From Octopus sinensis (Eukaryota): DNA of 64,000 nt. Under the pieces are notes generated by a model. That model was not told the DNA's origin. It saw only the letters and a list, made by a program, of their open reading frames with translations, and searched no databases. Every line of letters begins with the position of its first letter. Position 1 is the stretch's first letter. The translations under genes were made by a program, and so were the position numbers. The stretch lies in contig NC_043009.1 in NCBI RefSeq assembly GCF_006345805.1, positions 12,276,001 to 12,340,000 on the forward strand, read 5' to 3'. Of this stretch, positions 27,445 through 41,301 are shown in pieces.

Positions 27445-27531
27445 GTTATGTCTACCGCGAGACTTGAAACCATGACCCTCATTTACTTTTATACTATATA
27501 GGTCTGACGCTTCAAATATTGAGCTATGTGG
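27445..27531 (-). pseudogene. Degenerate tRNA(Lys)-like relic (second copy ~28430-28517)
   Basis: Minus strand atagctcaa...agcgtcagac[insert]tgagggtcatggtttcaagtc resembles tRNA-Lys(TTT) with A/B boxes; no intact cloverleaf. Confidence 0.3.
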
Positions 27532-29279
27532 GCAGCTCAAGTGACTGCTTCTTTACTCGAGTGGTTTTAATATTTCATTAGCTAAACCTTGCTTTTCCCT
27601 TCTGCTGTATTTTTCAGTATGACCGACAGATATTTTTAACAAACACACTATTTCGTCGATTTGCATGCTTTCTTGCTATGCTTCAGTTATTGGTTGAGTG
27701 CAGCCACTTGAAAAGGTAAAAGAAAAACTTAGTTATTTATAGATTTGCTTTGACGGTGTTTTTTTCAGCTGCAGTGCATGGGATTCTTGCTGGGAGATAG
27801 AAGTTAGACACTTCACCTGAAAGGAACTTCAATACTACGTCCTGTGCATTCAACAAGTAACTTACCAAAGTATCAGTGTATCGAAACAAACGGTAGACCA
27901 CAGGGATGCTCGTTTTTTGCAGGAGACAGCAACCTGCAGCTTTTAAATCTAAACAATAGCTGCGTCAATTTCACAAATCTCAGAGTTTTTACAAAATCCT
28001 TCTTGACTAAGCCCTTAAAAAGTGGAATATGTGGACCTATGACAAGGCGGCGATCTGGCAGAAGCATTAACACACAGGGGAAAAATGCTTAGATGAGAAG
28101 AGTTATTAATATTCAAGGTAGAAGTTGTGTTGCTCCAACAGTGTTTTTCAATCGTGGGTTTCCAAATATTTCTAACTGTTGTTTAGTAGCATCCTATCTA
28201 TTTCTACTTAATTTATGAAATGGTGTGCTGCTGCATATCCTCTTATTAAAATTGGGGAGTGTTTTTAAAGGCGTACATTTGAAAGAATGCTCTTGGTTTT
28301 GTAATTTATTGTAATAAGGATGTCCTTGGCGGGATTTGAATGCAAAACCTAAGAAATGTCACTAAGCATTTTATCGGATGCGCTAACGATTCTTCCAGCT
28401 CACCGCCATTTTTTTTTTTAAAGATTGGTTATGTCCACCGAGAGACTTGAAACCATGACCCTCATTTAACTGTATTTGTTTATACTATGTAAGTCTGACG
28501 CCCCAAATATTGAACTAACCCTAACCCTTAAGTCATTTGGATTTTTTAAAGAATTCCAGTAACAGAGTCATATTTGCGATACTTAGTTATCGCCCGAGGT
28601 TTACTTTTATGTATTTCTATGGAATGGTAAGAATATGCAATGACAACTCAGTTACCTTTGATTCCGTGCGTAAGTTCAGATTCGACAATTCTAAATTACA
28701 AGGTTATAGAGATGTGTTTAATTAACTTTAGGTATTGTTGTATGTAATAATGTCGACTCTTCTTCTGTAAATTGCTTCTGATATCGCTTAATCTACACCA
28801 GTTATTCTTTATCGTATTTTCGTGAGTTTTTTTTTTGTTTTTTAAGATTGTCTAATATTCATAAGAATTGCTTCCGTCTTTCCAAGTAAGTTCGTAACTA
28901 TTCAGAATATATCGTATCTGTTTGCATGTCTCGACAGCTTCCTGTTCAGACTCTGTTAAATGTAACTGAAGCCTCACAGCAGCGAATCTTACCCGTCCTG
29001 CCAGTGTTGAAATACAATACATTTCGTCTCTATATACGCTACTATTATTACTTAGACTATTAATAAAATGGTTATTGTTATGACCATTATGCTCATAAGT
29101 AAAATTAATGTTTCTCTTAGTTTTACTAATATCACCACTTATTAGTTATTAGCGTCACTCACATCATTTCCTTTATTCGCAGTCTCCCCGACGAACGTCC
29201 TCTGCAACTCTTTCTTTTTATTCTTCCTTTGACTAAACATTGTCTTACTTATCAGCAACTTTTTTTCTGTACAGGTGAA

Positions 29280-29329
<50 letters not shown>

Positions 29330-29639
29330 TGTGTGTGTAGATGCACAGGCCGCCTATATGTTGTGGGCACAGTTGTAACGGCTTTGTAGTACCATCGGGC
29401 ATCTTTAAAATCATATTTTTGCCCATCTTCTTTTCTGCTTTGTTGTTGCTGGAAATTGTCGTTGGATTTTGTTGCGATGTTCTACTTCATAGTGGCATAA
29501 GTCCAGAAGATGAACTGTTATCTTTTACGATATACAGAGTCTATGTTAACTTCGTGTCATATTTTTTTTTAAAATCTGTATAATAAAATATTTAAAATTT
29601 CGAGAGATATACACTAATGTCAAATCCGACGAGCTAATC

Positions 29640-30030
29640 TTTTCTACTATAGGCACAAGGCCTGGATTTTGTGGGGAGTAAGATATTCGATCACATCGAC
29701 TCCAATACTCAACTGGTACTTGATTTATCGACCTTGAAAGGATGAAAGGCAAAGTCGACCTCGGCCGAATTTGAACTCAGAACGTAAAGACAGATGAAAT
29801 ACCTATTTCTTTACGACCCACAAGGAGCTAAACACAGAGAGGACAAACAAGAACAAACGGATTAAGTCGATTATATCGACCCCAGTGCTTAACTGGTACT
29901 TATTTAATCGATCCCGAAAGGATGAAAGGCAAAGTCGACCTCGGTGGAATTTGAACTCAGAACGTAACGACAAACGAAATATCGCCAAGCATTTCGCCCT
30001 GCGTGCTAACGTTTCTGCCAGCTCGCCCCC
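29640..30030 (-). mobile_element. SINE dimer (head plus truncated second unit)
   Basis: Two tandem gaaaggatgaaaggcaaagtcgacctcgg blocks with the tail-to-internal junction at ~29790-29810. Confidence 0.85.
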
Positions 30031-31087
30031 TTCATTCGATGAGCTAATAAGATACTAGTTTTCTCTTTCGACATAATGCAACATAATAACAATGACAATT
30101 AATAATGGTTTAATAAGCGACTGTGTAGCAGTCAAATGTAATAATACCAAGCGATTATGAAGGAGTTTGGGGGAGTCGAAATGCTTAGGAATTTAGTGCA
30201 TTAGATATTGAATTTGAAATTTTGTCACACAGAAGTAATATATCCGTCATACTATTTAGAATTAGTACAAACGAAACGATACGCGACCACTTCCATAAAT
30301 ATGTCTTTAAAATAGATAGGAACCCCTTCCAAAGAATATAAATGCGTGGACTTGGACGTATTGTCAGAGAATTTTCCCACAGTAATTGTAAGCTTTGAGC
30401 ATGTTTTTCTAAGATGTACTTAATTATGTTTAATGTAAGGAGGGAAACTTCTGATGTGTTTTTCAAAACATGGATAAGAAAATAATCACAAACGACTATT
30501 AAAACCAAAGAAAATTAAAAGAACGAAATGTTTAACATTATAGAAAGAATTAAACTGAAACAAGATTTCCAGGAACAAACAGCACAAAATAGCGGAAGGA
30601 AGAAGTTAAGAAATGTAGAAATGTTATCAGATGTGTGCAAGCTGTAGAAGTAAAGAAAACAATGCTTCTAAACCATTATTTCTTTTTGAATGGAAAATAC
30701 TCGCTGGAAACGATTATGTTAATCTTATAATAATAATCCGACGTTACACAAGTAGCTTGGGTGCAACATGTAAGATATATAGGAAGTTATTCAATGTGGA
30801 ATAGAAAGTGGGAAGGAGGACCACATTGCACAATAAGAGTAATTATTATAAGCGAAAAAACAGCTCTGCAAGAAACTGGATATAATTTTGAACATATTTT
30901 CCACAAATGACATATTGATAAGTCAGAAGACACATTGAGAAACCCGTTGATGGAAAACAAATAGCAGGACACAATGTATTAACATTAATAACAAGTCTTT
31001 AAGAAAAGCAAAAGGCGGAAGAGAAGATATACGTGATAATGAAAGTGATTAAGGAAGTGAAGACATTTGCAAGATATCATAAAAGTT

Positions 31088-31538
31088 AAGTATTAAGAAA
31101 TATTGGTTTCATATTTTGGAACAAGGCCAGCAATTTCATGGGAAAAGGGCTAGTCGATTACATCGACTCCAACGCTCAACTGACCCCGAAACGGATGTAA
31201 AGCAAAGTCACCTCGGCAGAATTTGAAGTTAAAACGTGAAGACCGCCAGCATTCTGCTAAGCATCTTACCCGGCGTGCTTACAATTCCGCCAGTCGCCAC
31301 CTTAAAGTATTAAGAAATATTGGTTTCATATTTTGGAACAAGGCCAGCAATTTCATGGGAAAAGGGCTAGTCGATTACATCGACTCCAACGCTCAACTGA
31401 CCCCGAAACGGATGTAAAGCAAAGTCACCTCGGCAGAATTTGAAGTTAAAACGTGAAGACCGCCAGCATTCTGCTAAGCATCTTACCCGGCGTGCTTACA
31501 ATTCCGCCAGTCGCCACCTTAAAGTATTAAGAAATATT
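31088..31538 (-). repeat. Perfect 217-bp tandem duplication of a diverged SINE copy
   Basis: aagtattaagaaatatt at 31088, 31305 and 31522; identical units. Confidence 0.95.
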
Positions 31539-32030
31539 CAAACACAAATTTCGTTTCTCTTGAAAGCAACCAAATGGCAATCATTAACATGTAAGACAAA
31601 ATTACTTCCAGGATTTGTTCCGATGCTTTACACACTGAGCTGAAATTCGGCCGAGTTCAACAGTGCACTCATACATTCAGGGACGACAAGATAAAATCTA
31701 GCAGCCCAGGGCAACGGATTGTTGGACTGTTAGAGTGTCGAACGAGATGCTATGCATAATTTATTTTGGCTCTTTGTATTCGGTGTTCTTAGTTGGTAGA
31801 TTTAATCCACCGCCTGTTTTAACAAAAAACCATCTGACTCTTGAGTTTCTTTAGCATTCGGGTCTGATCAACCACTGTCAAGATACTTTCTTCCTTTCTT
31901 CGTCTCAGTCGCAAAAACCCTGTAAAAGTATAATCATGGATTGTAACATTCTCACTGACGTAGCCTTAAAATACGCTAACGCTTGATAACTTTAAGCATT
32001 TTGATACATCATCTGCTCCTGCTGCTGCTG

Positions 32031-32089
<59 letters not shown>

Positions 32090-33359
32090 GATGCTGCTGC
32101 TGCTAAAATGTTGGTTATTTAATGCTTAAAGGTTTTCTAAAAAACGAGTCAGCGCCTATGAACTGTTTGCAGGGTCTGTAAGAGTGGCCGGGAAAAAAGT
32201 GGAGGGAAGAAACTACTACTCATTGGTTGCTATAGTTCGAAACATGTTTCAGGTTGTCAAGTGGTGGTTGTGGTGGTGGTGGTGGTGGTGGTGGTAATGA
32301 GAACGAACACAGACACGAACACACACACACACACACATATATGTGATGAGCTTCTTTCAACTTCCGCCTACCAAATCTAGTTTGGACAGCAAGAGGCTAT
32401 AGTAGAAGATACTTGCCCAAGGTGCCACACAGTGGGACTGAACCTGATACCTTGTGATTTGTGATTGAGATGCAAGCTTCATGCCGCACAACCACGCCGA
32501 CGCCTGCGTATGTATATATACTCTTTTATTCTTTTACTCTTTTACTTGTTTCAGTCATTTGACTGCGGCCATGCTGGAGCACCGCCTTTAGTCGAGCAAA
32601 TCGACCCCGGGACTTATTCTTTGTAAGCCCAGTACTTATTCTATCGGTCTGTATGGCGGAACCGCTAAGTGACGGGGACGTAAACACACCAGCATCGACT
32701 GTCAAGCAATGCTAGGGGGACAACACAGACACACAAACACACACACACACACATACATATATATATATTTACATATATACGACAGGCTTCTTTCAGTTTC
32801 CGTCTACCAAATCCACTCACAAGGCATTGGTTAGCCCGGGGCTATAGCAGAAGACACTTGCCCAAGATGCCACGCAGTGGGACTGAACCCGCAACCATGT
32901 GGTTAGTTAGCAAGCTACTTACCACACAGCCACTCATGAATGTGTGTGTGTGTGTAAAATCTCACCGTATGAAAAATATGAAAATAACAACAATATTCTA
33001 TGGTTTTGATGTACGGAAAGAAATACAGAATCTCCTGACGGGGGTTTCCGTTCCCCTAACATTGGTGAAGAATATTCATCTTCTAAATAATGCATTTAGG
33101 AACCTTATGCAAGAAACAAAGACAAAAAAAAAGACATGTAGTCCAGCAATGCTAGAAAAATAAAGAGGGAGAGCCGAGATATTTTATTGCATCAGTGTAC
33201 TGTTATATTATTTTTAATCTGGTTACATACACTGATAAAGAATTTGAATTTCAGTACGTAGGTATACGAATGGATGGGTATGTATTTATGCGTGTACGCA
33301 TACATATATAATATATATATATTAAATATTGTATAGGTATGTATGTATATAAATATATA

Positions 33360-33400
<41 letters not shown>

Positions 33401-35740
33401 CATATATATTCGTATATCTATCTATCTATTATATATATATATACATACATATATATATATATATACACACATATATATATATATATTATATATATATATA
33501 TTCCTTTATTTGTTTATTTGTTTCAGTTGTTTGAATGCGGCCATGCTGGAGCACCGCATTTAGTCGAACAAATCAACCCCAGGACTTATGTTTTGTAAGC
33601 TTCCCACTTATTCTATCGGGGACGTAAACTCACCATATACATATATATACATATATATATATAAACATATATATATATGTGCGTATCTGTACAAATATAA
33701 ATATATAAATATACGTACATTTATATACTTAAATAGTATTTATGTGCATACGTATTATGTGTGCGTATCTGTGTAATTGAAGATAGCAAGAAGAGGCCTA
33801 ATCCAAAAGAAAAATGATGACGATGATGATGATAGCGGCGGCGGCGGCGGCGGTGGTGGTGGCGTTGGGTAGTGTTGGTGGAAGAGACGGAGGGATAGGA
33901 AGGGTAATGGATGTAGATAGTAAAGAAAAAGCGGAAGAGGACATAGCAAAAATCGAGGTTTTGCTTGCCTCCAATTTCTGGCCTTTGTAGGGCAAAAGCG
34001 GAAATAATTTGATAGAGGCGAAATGTTTATCAAAGATTCTTAGAGCCAAGAAATTTATACTCGGTAAACAAATAGATGAATATACATACGTTAATTAATT
34101 GAAATATGCATACCATACATGCATATATATATGTATGTATATGTGTATGGCTTTTGTTTGCGTTCGTAAGTGTTTGTGGACGTGTTTTCAAATACACATG
34201 CATTCACACACACACAGACATATATGTTATGTATATTTAAATGTATATATGCCTATATATACCTATGCATGTTTATATATGTGTGTTTGTGTGTGTTTGT
34301 ACGTATGTATATATATGTATATATGAGTGTGTTTGTGTGTATGTATATACATGTATGTATGAAATGAATCAATATGTATATACGAAGTGCTTATATATAT
34401 ATATATATATATATGCTTATATATATATGTATATGTGCATGTGTACATATTATATATATATATTATATATATATTATATGCTTATATATATATGTATATG
34501 TGCATGTGTACATATATATATATATATATATATGCTTATATATATGTATATGTGCATGTGTGTGTTTAGTTATGTATATATGTATGTATATATGTATGTA
34601 TATATGTATGTATATATGTATGTATATATGTATGTATATATGTATGTATATATGTATGCATATTTATGCATGTAAGTATGTGTTGATGGATACGTACATA
34701 CATATATTGCTCTTTTCTCTTCGTTTCTCTGCCCAACTTGATGTTTCTATACAAAGTCTTTTCATACAACTACTCGAGATGTTATCAGAATGCTTTTCAG
34801 ACAGCACGTGTTGCAATTCTACTGTTCTACGGAAATACATTCGCTGACTAAGATCTCTAATCCCTAGACTTCTGTGGTATTTTTCAAAAAGTTCATACTA
34901 CTCATTAACAGCCTTGCGATTCTACGATCCTTCCAACGTTCTATGAAGACATTCCATGGAAAGCAAAAGCAAAAGCGCCCCTTCAAATCGGCGAGTGAAA
35001 TTCAGACGGAATCGCAGACAGTATTAATGGGCCTTCAAGAAGAAAACTGGTTTCTAAGGCATGGAAGGATACGTTTCCATCCTAATGGGACTGTTTCGGA
35101 TGGGATGCTACCAAAATATAAATAACATATTAAATATGCTATTTGCTGAAGCACCCGACTACTTTTTCAGATGCCTCTCGCTGGAGCATTCTAATACTTC
35201 GGCATATATACACAAGCAAACAAATACCCACACTCAAACATATATCATACATGAATTCATACACCTATATATTTACAAATGCACAAATAATGACGTCGAT
35301 TTCTATGTATATAAAATTGGTTAAAACGTGAAGTTCATAGCAGTGTAGTTAAAAATACAGTAAAAAGTAGCAAAGCAGGTGACTGTGTAGTAAGAAGCTT
35401 ACTTCTAAACAACGTTATTCCGGGTTCAGTTCCACTACACGGCACATTGGGCAAGTGTCTTCTACTATAGCCCCGGGTTGACTAAAACTTTCTGAGCGGA
35501 TTTGAAAGACGGAAACTGAAAGAAGCTCGTCGGATTACGAGTGTGTGCGTGTGTGTTTTTGTATTTTTCTCTGTCCCCACCCACTGCTTGATAACTGAAG
35601 TTGAACTGCTTATTAAATGTCACCGATAGAATAAGTACAAGGCTCCAGGAAATAAGTACTGGGGTCGAGTCGTTTGACTTAAAACCCTCGAAGATGATAC
35701 TCCCGCATGGTTGCAGTTCAATGACTGAAATATGTCGAAG

Positions 35741-35783
<43 letters not shown>

Positions 35784-37887
35784 ACACACACACACACACA
35801 CACATAGGTCTTGCGACGTATTAAAATGTCACATCAGACCCCGCAGCATATGATTGAAGATAATGCACATCGCAGTAGAACGCTTTCACGGTCTAGAACT
35901 GTATCTTCGAAAACCATTTCCACACTAACCGACGAAATAGCTGTGCGATTAAAATACTGAAACAAAGAGGAGAACGTAATTAAGATTATGAGCTGGAAAG
36001 TCTGCTTCTGCGTTCCTGATATCATATAAATATCTACAACACTTTGGCATCAAAACACATACACAACCTCCGAGGACCAAAGAACAGGATCTTTCAAATC
36101 CGATTTCTTAAACATGATAGACAGCACACCCTTACGTAAGTATATCTTCGAAAATAAACTGAGCACTGACAACAAAGGTATTAAGAATTTAACGAAAACA
36201 AAATTTTTTGTATCCTCTCTCTTTTACTCTTTTACTTGTTTCAGTCAGTTGACTGCGGCCATGTTGAAGCACCACATTTAGTCGGACAAATCGACCCCAG
36301 GACTTATTCTTTGTAAGCCTAGTACTTATTCTATCTGTCTCTTTTGCCGAACCGCTAGGTGACAGGGATGTAAACACACCAGCATCGGTTGTCAAGCGAT
36401 GTTGGTGGAACAAACACAGACACACAAACACACACACACACACATATTTATATATATATATAGATAGATAGATATATTCATATATAGGATGGGCTTCTTT
36501 CAGTTTCCGTCTACTAAATCCACTCACAAAGCTTTGATCGGCCCGAGGCTATAGTAGAAGACATTTGCCCAAGGTGCCACGCAGAGGGACTGAACCCAGA
36601 ACTATGTGGTTCGTAAGCAAGCTACTTACCACAAAGCCACTCCTACGCATGATTAATCTAGAAAATACACTTAGAAATAGTAATACTTAGAAATATTAAT
36701 ATTACGCCAAATTATAAACCGATTAATCTAAACATTTACTGTAAGATAAACAAGGGACATTTGGCTAAAACAATGGAATCTCATAGCAGATTATATTGTG
36801 TAACTAAACAGGAAATGCATATTGCGTTTAAAGATCTCAAAGAGAACTACCCATTTCTCACTGGATTATACATAAAATGGCGTAGCTACAGATGTGCCCT
36901 CTAAAAGTTTCAACAAAATCGTTTCAGATAGGTTAGATTATGATTGGATCAGAATTTTATGCGAAAATTAATACAGGGAAAATTAATTCATGCATCTCCT
37001 TAAGATGTATGAGGAAACAAAGTCGAGGTGTATGAATAATACGACGTCACCCTCTTCTTTTTTCACATCAAATTCTGACATAACCGTTATGTACACTTCC
37101 TGAAACATAGTTTGAGAAAATTTTAATAAAAAATATTCATGTTTCAATTAGATAACGAGGAAATAAATTCGAGGCGTGTGACATATCCAAAACTTTTTGC
37201 CCCACTTTCCGTGAAAGTTTTTCCCCACAAATTCTGAAAGAACCCAAATCTACAAAATTTAAAATGCATCACGAAAATTCCATAAAAAATATGTATATTT
37301 CGGAAAGTTATAAAAGAAACAAAATCGGTTGGACACACATTTGCAGTTATGGCCATAAAATTCGAAGTTCAAGCCTTGTGACATCGTTTTACATTCATTT
37401 GGCCCTAGAAATACGTTAAGTATGAGCTTGTCTGTGACACACTAAGGCACTTACTCTTTAATTTCACGAGAAGAAATTCGACTGGTTGACAACTGAAAAC
37501 TCATGAGAGAAGACGAATGAGACACCACAATTTGTAGTTGAAGTATTATCTTCCTGGCAGAGGAACTTAGTTGCATTAAAGTAATAGATCGTCGAACCTT
37601 GTAGAATGGTTACAAATGGATCGGGAGTGAAGAAGAAACCTAGTTGCGGGAATGCTTGAGCACTTTTTAAAATTTGTTTGAATGTCTAGTTGACAACCTT
37701 ATTTGAGAATAGTTCAAGATTTATACGCGTGTTAGGTATTTTGGAACATATATTTTCACAGTCAATAACAAATTACTAATACATTAAAAACAATTTAGAA
37801 ATTTGGAACAAAAAATCATTATACTAAAGTTTGTTCGAACAAAAATACGTACGAGTACACACACACACACACACCCACACCCACACA

Positions 37888-37965
<78 letters not shown>

Positions 37966-38124
37966 TATATATATATATACGTTCAGCAAAATTTAGATTC
38001 AAATGAATATGGTACTTAAGTAAGATGCACCAGATTTTGTATGCTGTTATCCATATAAATCCATGGGGTGGTTATAATCAAAATAAGCAACAAGATAATA
38101 TATGTATTGATGGAAATCCTCTAT

Positions 38125-38214
38125 AAATGGCTGATGATTGCTCAACATTTTAAAACTGTTGTAATACTTACAATGTTTAATAAAATGATGTAGCGTGAAA
38201 CGATCGTACCAATT
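38125..38214 (+). ncRNA. Type I hammerhead ribozyme fold, family A
   Basis: Helix I AAATGG/CCAATT (one mismatch); core CTGATGA 38131-37; long helix II (TTGCT/AGCGT, ACATTTTA/TAAAATG, TTGTAA/TTACAA); GAAA 38197-200; helix III ACGATCGT; GUA, predicted cut after 38208. Confidence 0.85.
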
Positions 38215-38242
38215 ACCGAAAATATTCTTGTTGCTTATTTTG

Positions 38243-38302
<60 letters not shown>

Positions 38303-38370
38303 ATATATACGAATGAGTAAACAAAACAAGAAAGTAGCGCACAAAATGTTTGATGTGGTTTTTAGGGATA

Positions 38371-39480
38371 TACGAGGGTATATGTCATAACTCTTGATTC
38401 TGTAAGTTATTAAAATAAAAGCAGGGATTGAACAGTCACATCATTTTCGACACAGTCTCCTTTCTTTTCGATGCACTTCTTCCAGCGGTCCACAAGCTTG
38501 CTTATTCCATAGGTAAAGAAGGTTTTTCGACTGGTCCCGCAGCCACTTCATACACCGCTTTCTGCGCTTTTTATACCGTAACAAGTCGACGATCTCGTTT
38601 GAGGCGATGTTTGAGTGATCCAGAGAGGTGATAGTCTGAAGGTACGAGAATGTACTCTATTCTAGCATGAAACCCAATTTTTCAATGGTTTTAACTGTGT
38701 GGGCGACCATACGTGATCTTATACAGTCGTGCAACAATAAAAATTTCTTTGACAACAGAATTCGGAGCTGGTTTTTGTTTGTTGGCTAGCATTTCGCTTT
38801 AGGTCGACACTAGTGACTATAAACCCTTTTTCCTGGATATGTTCAAATGTGGACCCTTTTGCATCCGCCTTTTGGATTTTGCCGCAAAGTCATGGAGCCA
38901 GGTCTCATCTCCTGTGACTATTTTCTCCTATAAAGCTTCTCCTTAATTGTCGTAGCGTTCGAATAAGCATTGACAGATCTCCACACGATTGCGCTTTGGT
39001 AAACTCTCTTGGCACCCGTCTCGCACAGACTTTACGGAAGCGCAGCTTGTCGTGAATGATTTCGTAGAACCATGACTAGACCATGCACCTCATCGCAGAG
39101 AACATACTCTTCATCGATGATCACCTGTCAGTTCGCCAGAACTATTTGCCGAGCTAGTTGAATCTTCACGTCAGTGTTGAAGGTTGGTGGATCTCCTGCT
39201 ACCGCTTCGTGTTTCACGTTTGCCCGGCCATTTTAAAACCTCCCGAACAACTCGTACACACTTCTACGTAGTAGAGCGCTGTTCCCATATTGTGCCGAAC
39301 GTCTGCGATGAATTTCATCCCCCTGACACATAGTCAGACGAGAGAAATCGGATCACTAATCTCTGTTCTTCTTGGTGTACACTGCTAGCGGAACAGTCAA
39401 GTTTACACTGTAAACACCCCACCCACCCAACAAGTAAAGAAAACTGGGATATTCAAGGCCAAAGTTCGGTTATGTAATCA
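38371..39480 (-). mobile_element. Decayed mariner transposon (transposase pseudogene)
   Basis: TIR start tacgaggg at 38371; minus strand translates as KEEQRLVIRFL..EIHRR.SAQYG..HGS.EIIHDKLRFRKVCARRVP..IVTGDETW..SDYHL..RWKKCIEK with stops and frameshifts. Confidence 0.92.
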
Positions 39481-39669
39481 CAAGAGTGGGGCCAACCCTA
39501 AGAAAGCGATAGAATAAGTACCAGGCTTATAAATATTTGTACTGGGGTCGATTCGTTCGACTAAAATTCTCGCCATGGCCGCATTCAAATGACTAAAAGA
39601 CGTCCGAGAAATGCATGTATGTATTGCGGCGGAGGGTATTTATACAAGTTGTTCGGGAGGTTTTAAAAT

Positions 39670-39908
39670 GGCGGCGAGCTGGCAGGAACGTTAGCACGCC
39701 GGGCGAAAAGCTTAGCGGTATTTCGTCTGCTGCTACGTTCTGAATTCAAATTCCGCCGAGGTCGACTTTGCCTTTCATCCTTTCGGGGTCGATAAATTAA
39801 GTACCATTTACGCCCTGGAGTCGATGTAATCGACTTAATCCGTTTGTCTGTACTTGTTTGTCCCCTCTGTGTTTAGCCCCTTGTGGGTAGTAATGAAATA
39901 GGTATTTA
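39670..39908 (+). mobile_element. Full-length SINE (ggcgagctgg head family)
   Basis: Matches 17252-17485. Confidence 0.9.
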
Positions 39909-40309
39909 TACACAATTTCGCGTTTTGCGTATGCATGTACGGATTTTTTGGCGAGTTCTCACTTCCAAATAAAGAATGTTTTAATTGGTAAAATATTTAA
40001 GAAAGGAATGGAATAATGACAAAATAACTTTGCCTGATGTAAATATACGTATTATTTCGCCACAACATGTGTGAATTATACATAGATTTATTAAACAATA
40101 ATATTACACTGGCTTCATTTCTTAACCATTAATTTTATTTATTTAAACAAAGTAAAAATATCGCTGCCAACAAAAACATCTGTAAATTCCCGCCACTTCA
40201 CTCGTTGCTCCCCTCCCAATACGACGATTCGTTCTTTCTTTCTTTCTTTTATCTCTTTAATTTGTTTTTCCTAGTATTCTTTGTTTTTGCGTTCTTGAAT
40301 AATGTGTGT

Positions 40310-40700
40310 ACATACATACATGCATACATGCATACATACATACATACATACATACATACATACATACATACATGCATGCATACATACATACATACATACA
40401 TACATACATACATACATACATGCATACATACATACATGCATACATACATACATGCATGCATGCATGCATACATACATGCATGCATGCATACATACATACA
40501 TACATACATACATACATACATACATACATACATACATACATACATGCATGCATACATCATACATACATACATACATACATACATACATACATACATACAT
40601 ACATGCATACATACATACATGCATACATGCATGCATGCATGCATGCATGCATACATACATACATACATACATACCATACATACATACATACATGCATACA
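40310..40700. repeat. (TACA)n/(TGCA)n microsatellite
   Basis: Direct reading; comparable tracts at 15330-15640 and 57280-58130. Confidence 0.97.
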
Positions 40701-41004
40701 TATATTAAGGGAACCAGACAAAGAAAGTGTATGCTTATGAACTCGCGCGCGCACGCCTGTGGTGTTACACCATATCTCTCAACAGTCCCTTTCTGTTCAG
40801 CCCCCCCCCTCTACTGGCTTTTTGTCCAATTTCCTTCTCTTTCTCTTTCTCACTCCCCCTTTCCCTTCACATTAATTCCTCCTCGAAGCATCTGGTATTC
40901 TTCAGCGACTGACGGTTTTGCATTGCCCTGCCTCATAGAATTAAATGCAACAGGGGTGGAAATTATACTAGAACGAATCACACCCATCACGCTTAATATA
41001 TACA

Positions 41005-41048
<44 letters not shown>

Positions 41049-41136
41049 AATATATGTATGCATGTGTATGTAATATGTATATATACTTGTGCGTGCATGC
41101 AACACACATACCAAATGGATACATAAATACACTATA

Positions 41137-41180
<44 letters not shown>

Positions 41181-41221
41181 TATATACATACTACATACAT
41201 ACACATACATACATATTACTT

Positions 41222-41267
<46 letters not shown>

Positions 41268-41268
41268 G

Positions 41269-41301
<33 letters not shown>

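Noticed and set aside
29142-29530. Minus-strand exon candidate (MGKNMILKMPDG...)
   Set aside because: The frame is interrupted by a (CA)n tract and upstream stops; no recognised homology or clear splice sites
30180-30980. Possible LINE ORF1 or host exon
   Set aside because: Short open stretches with no recognisable motif
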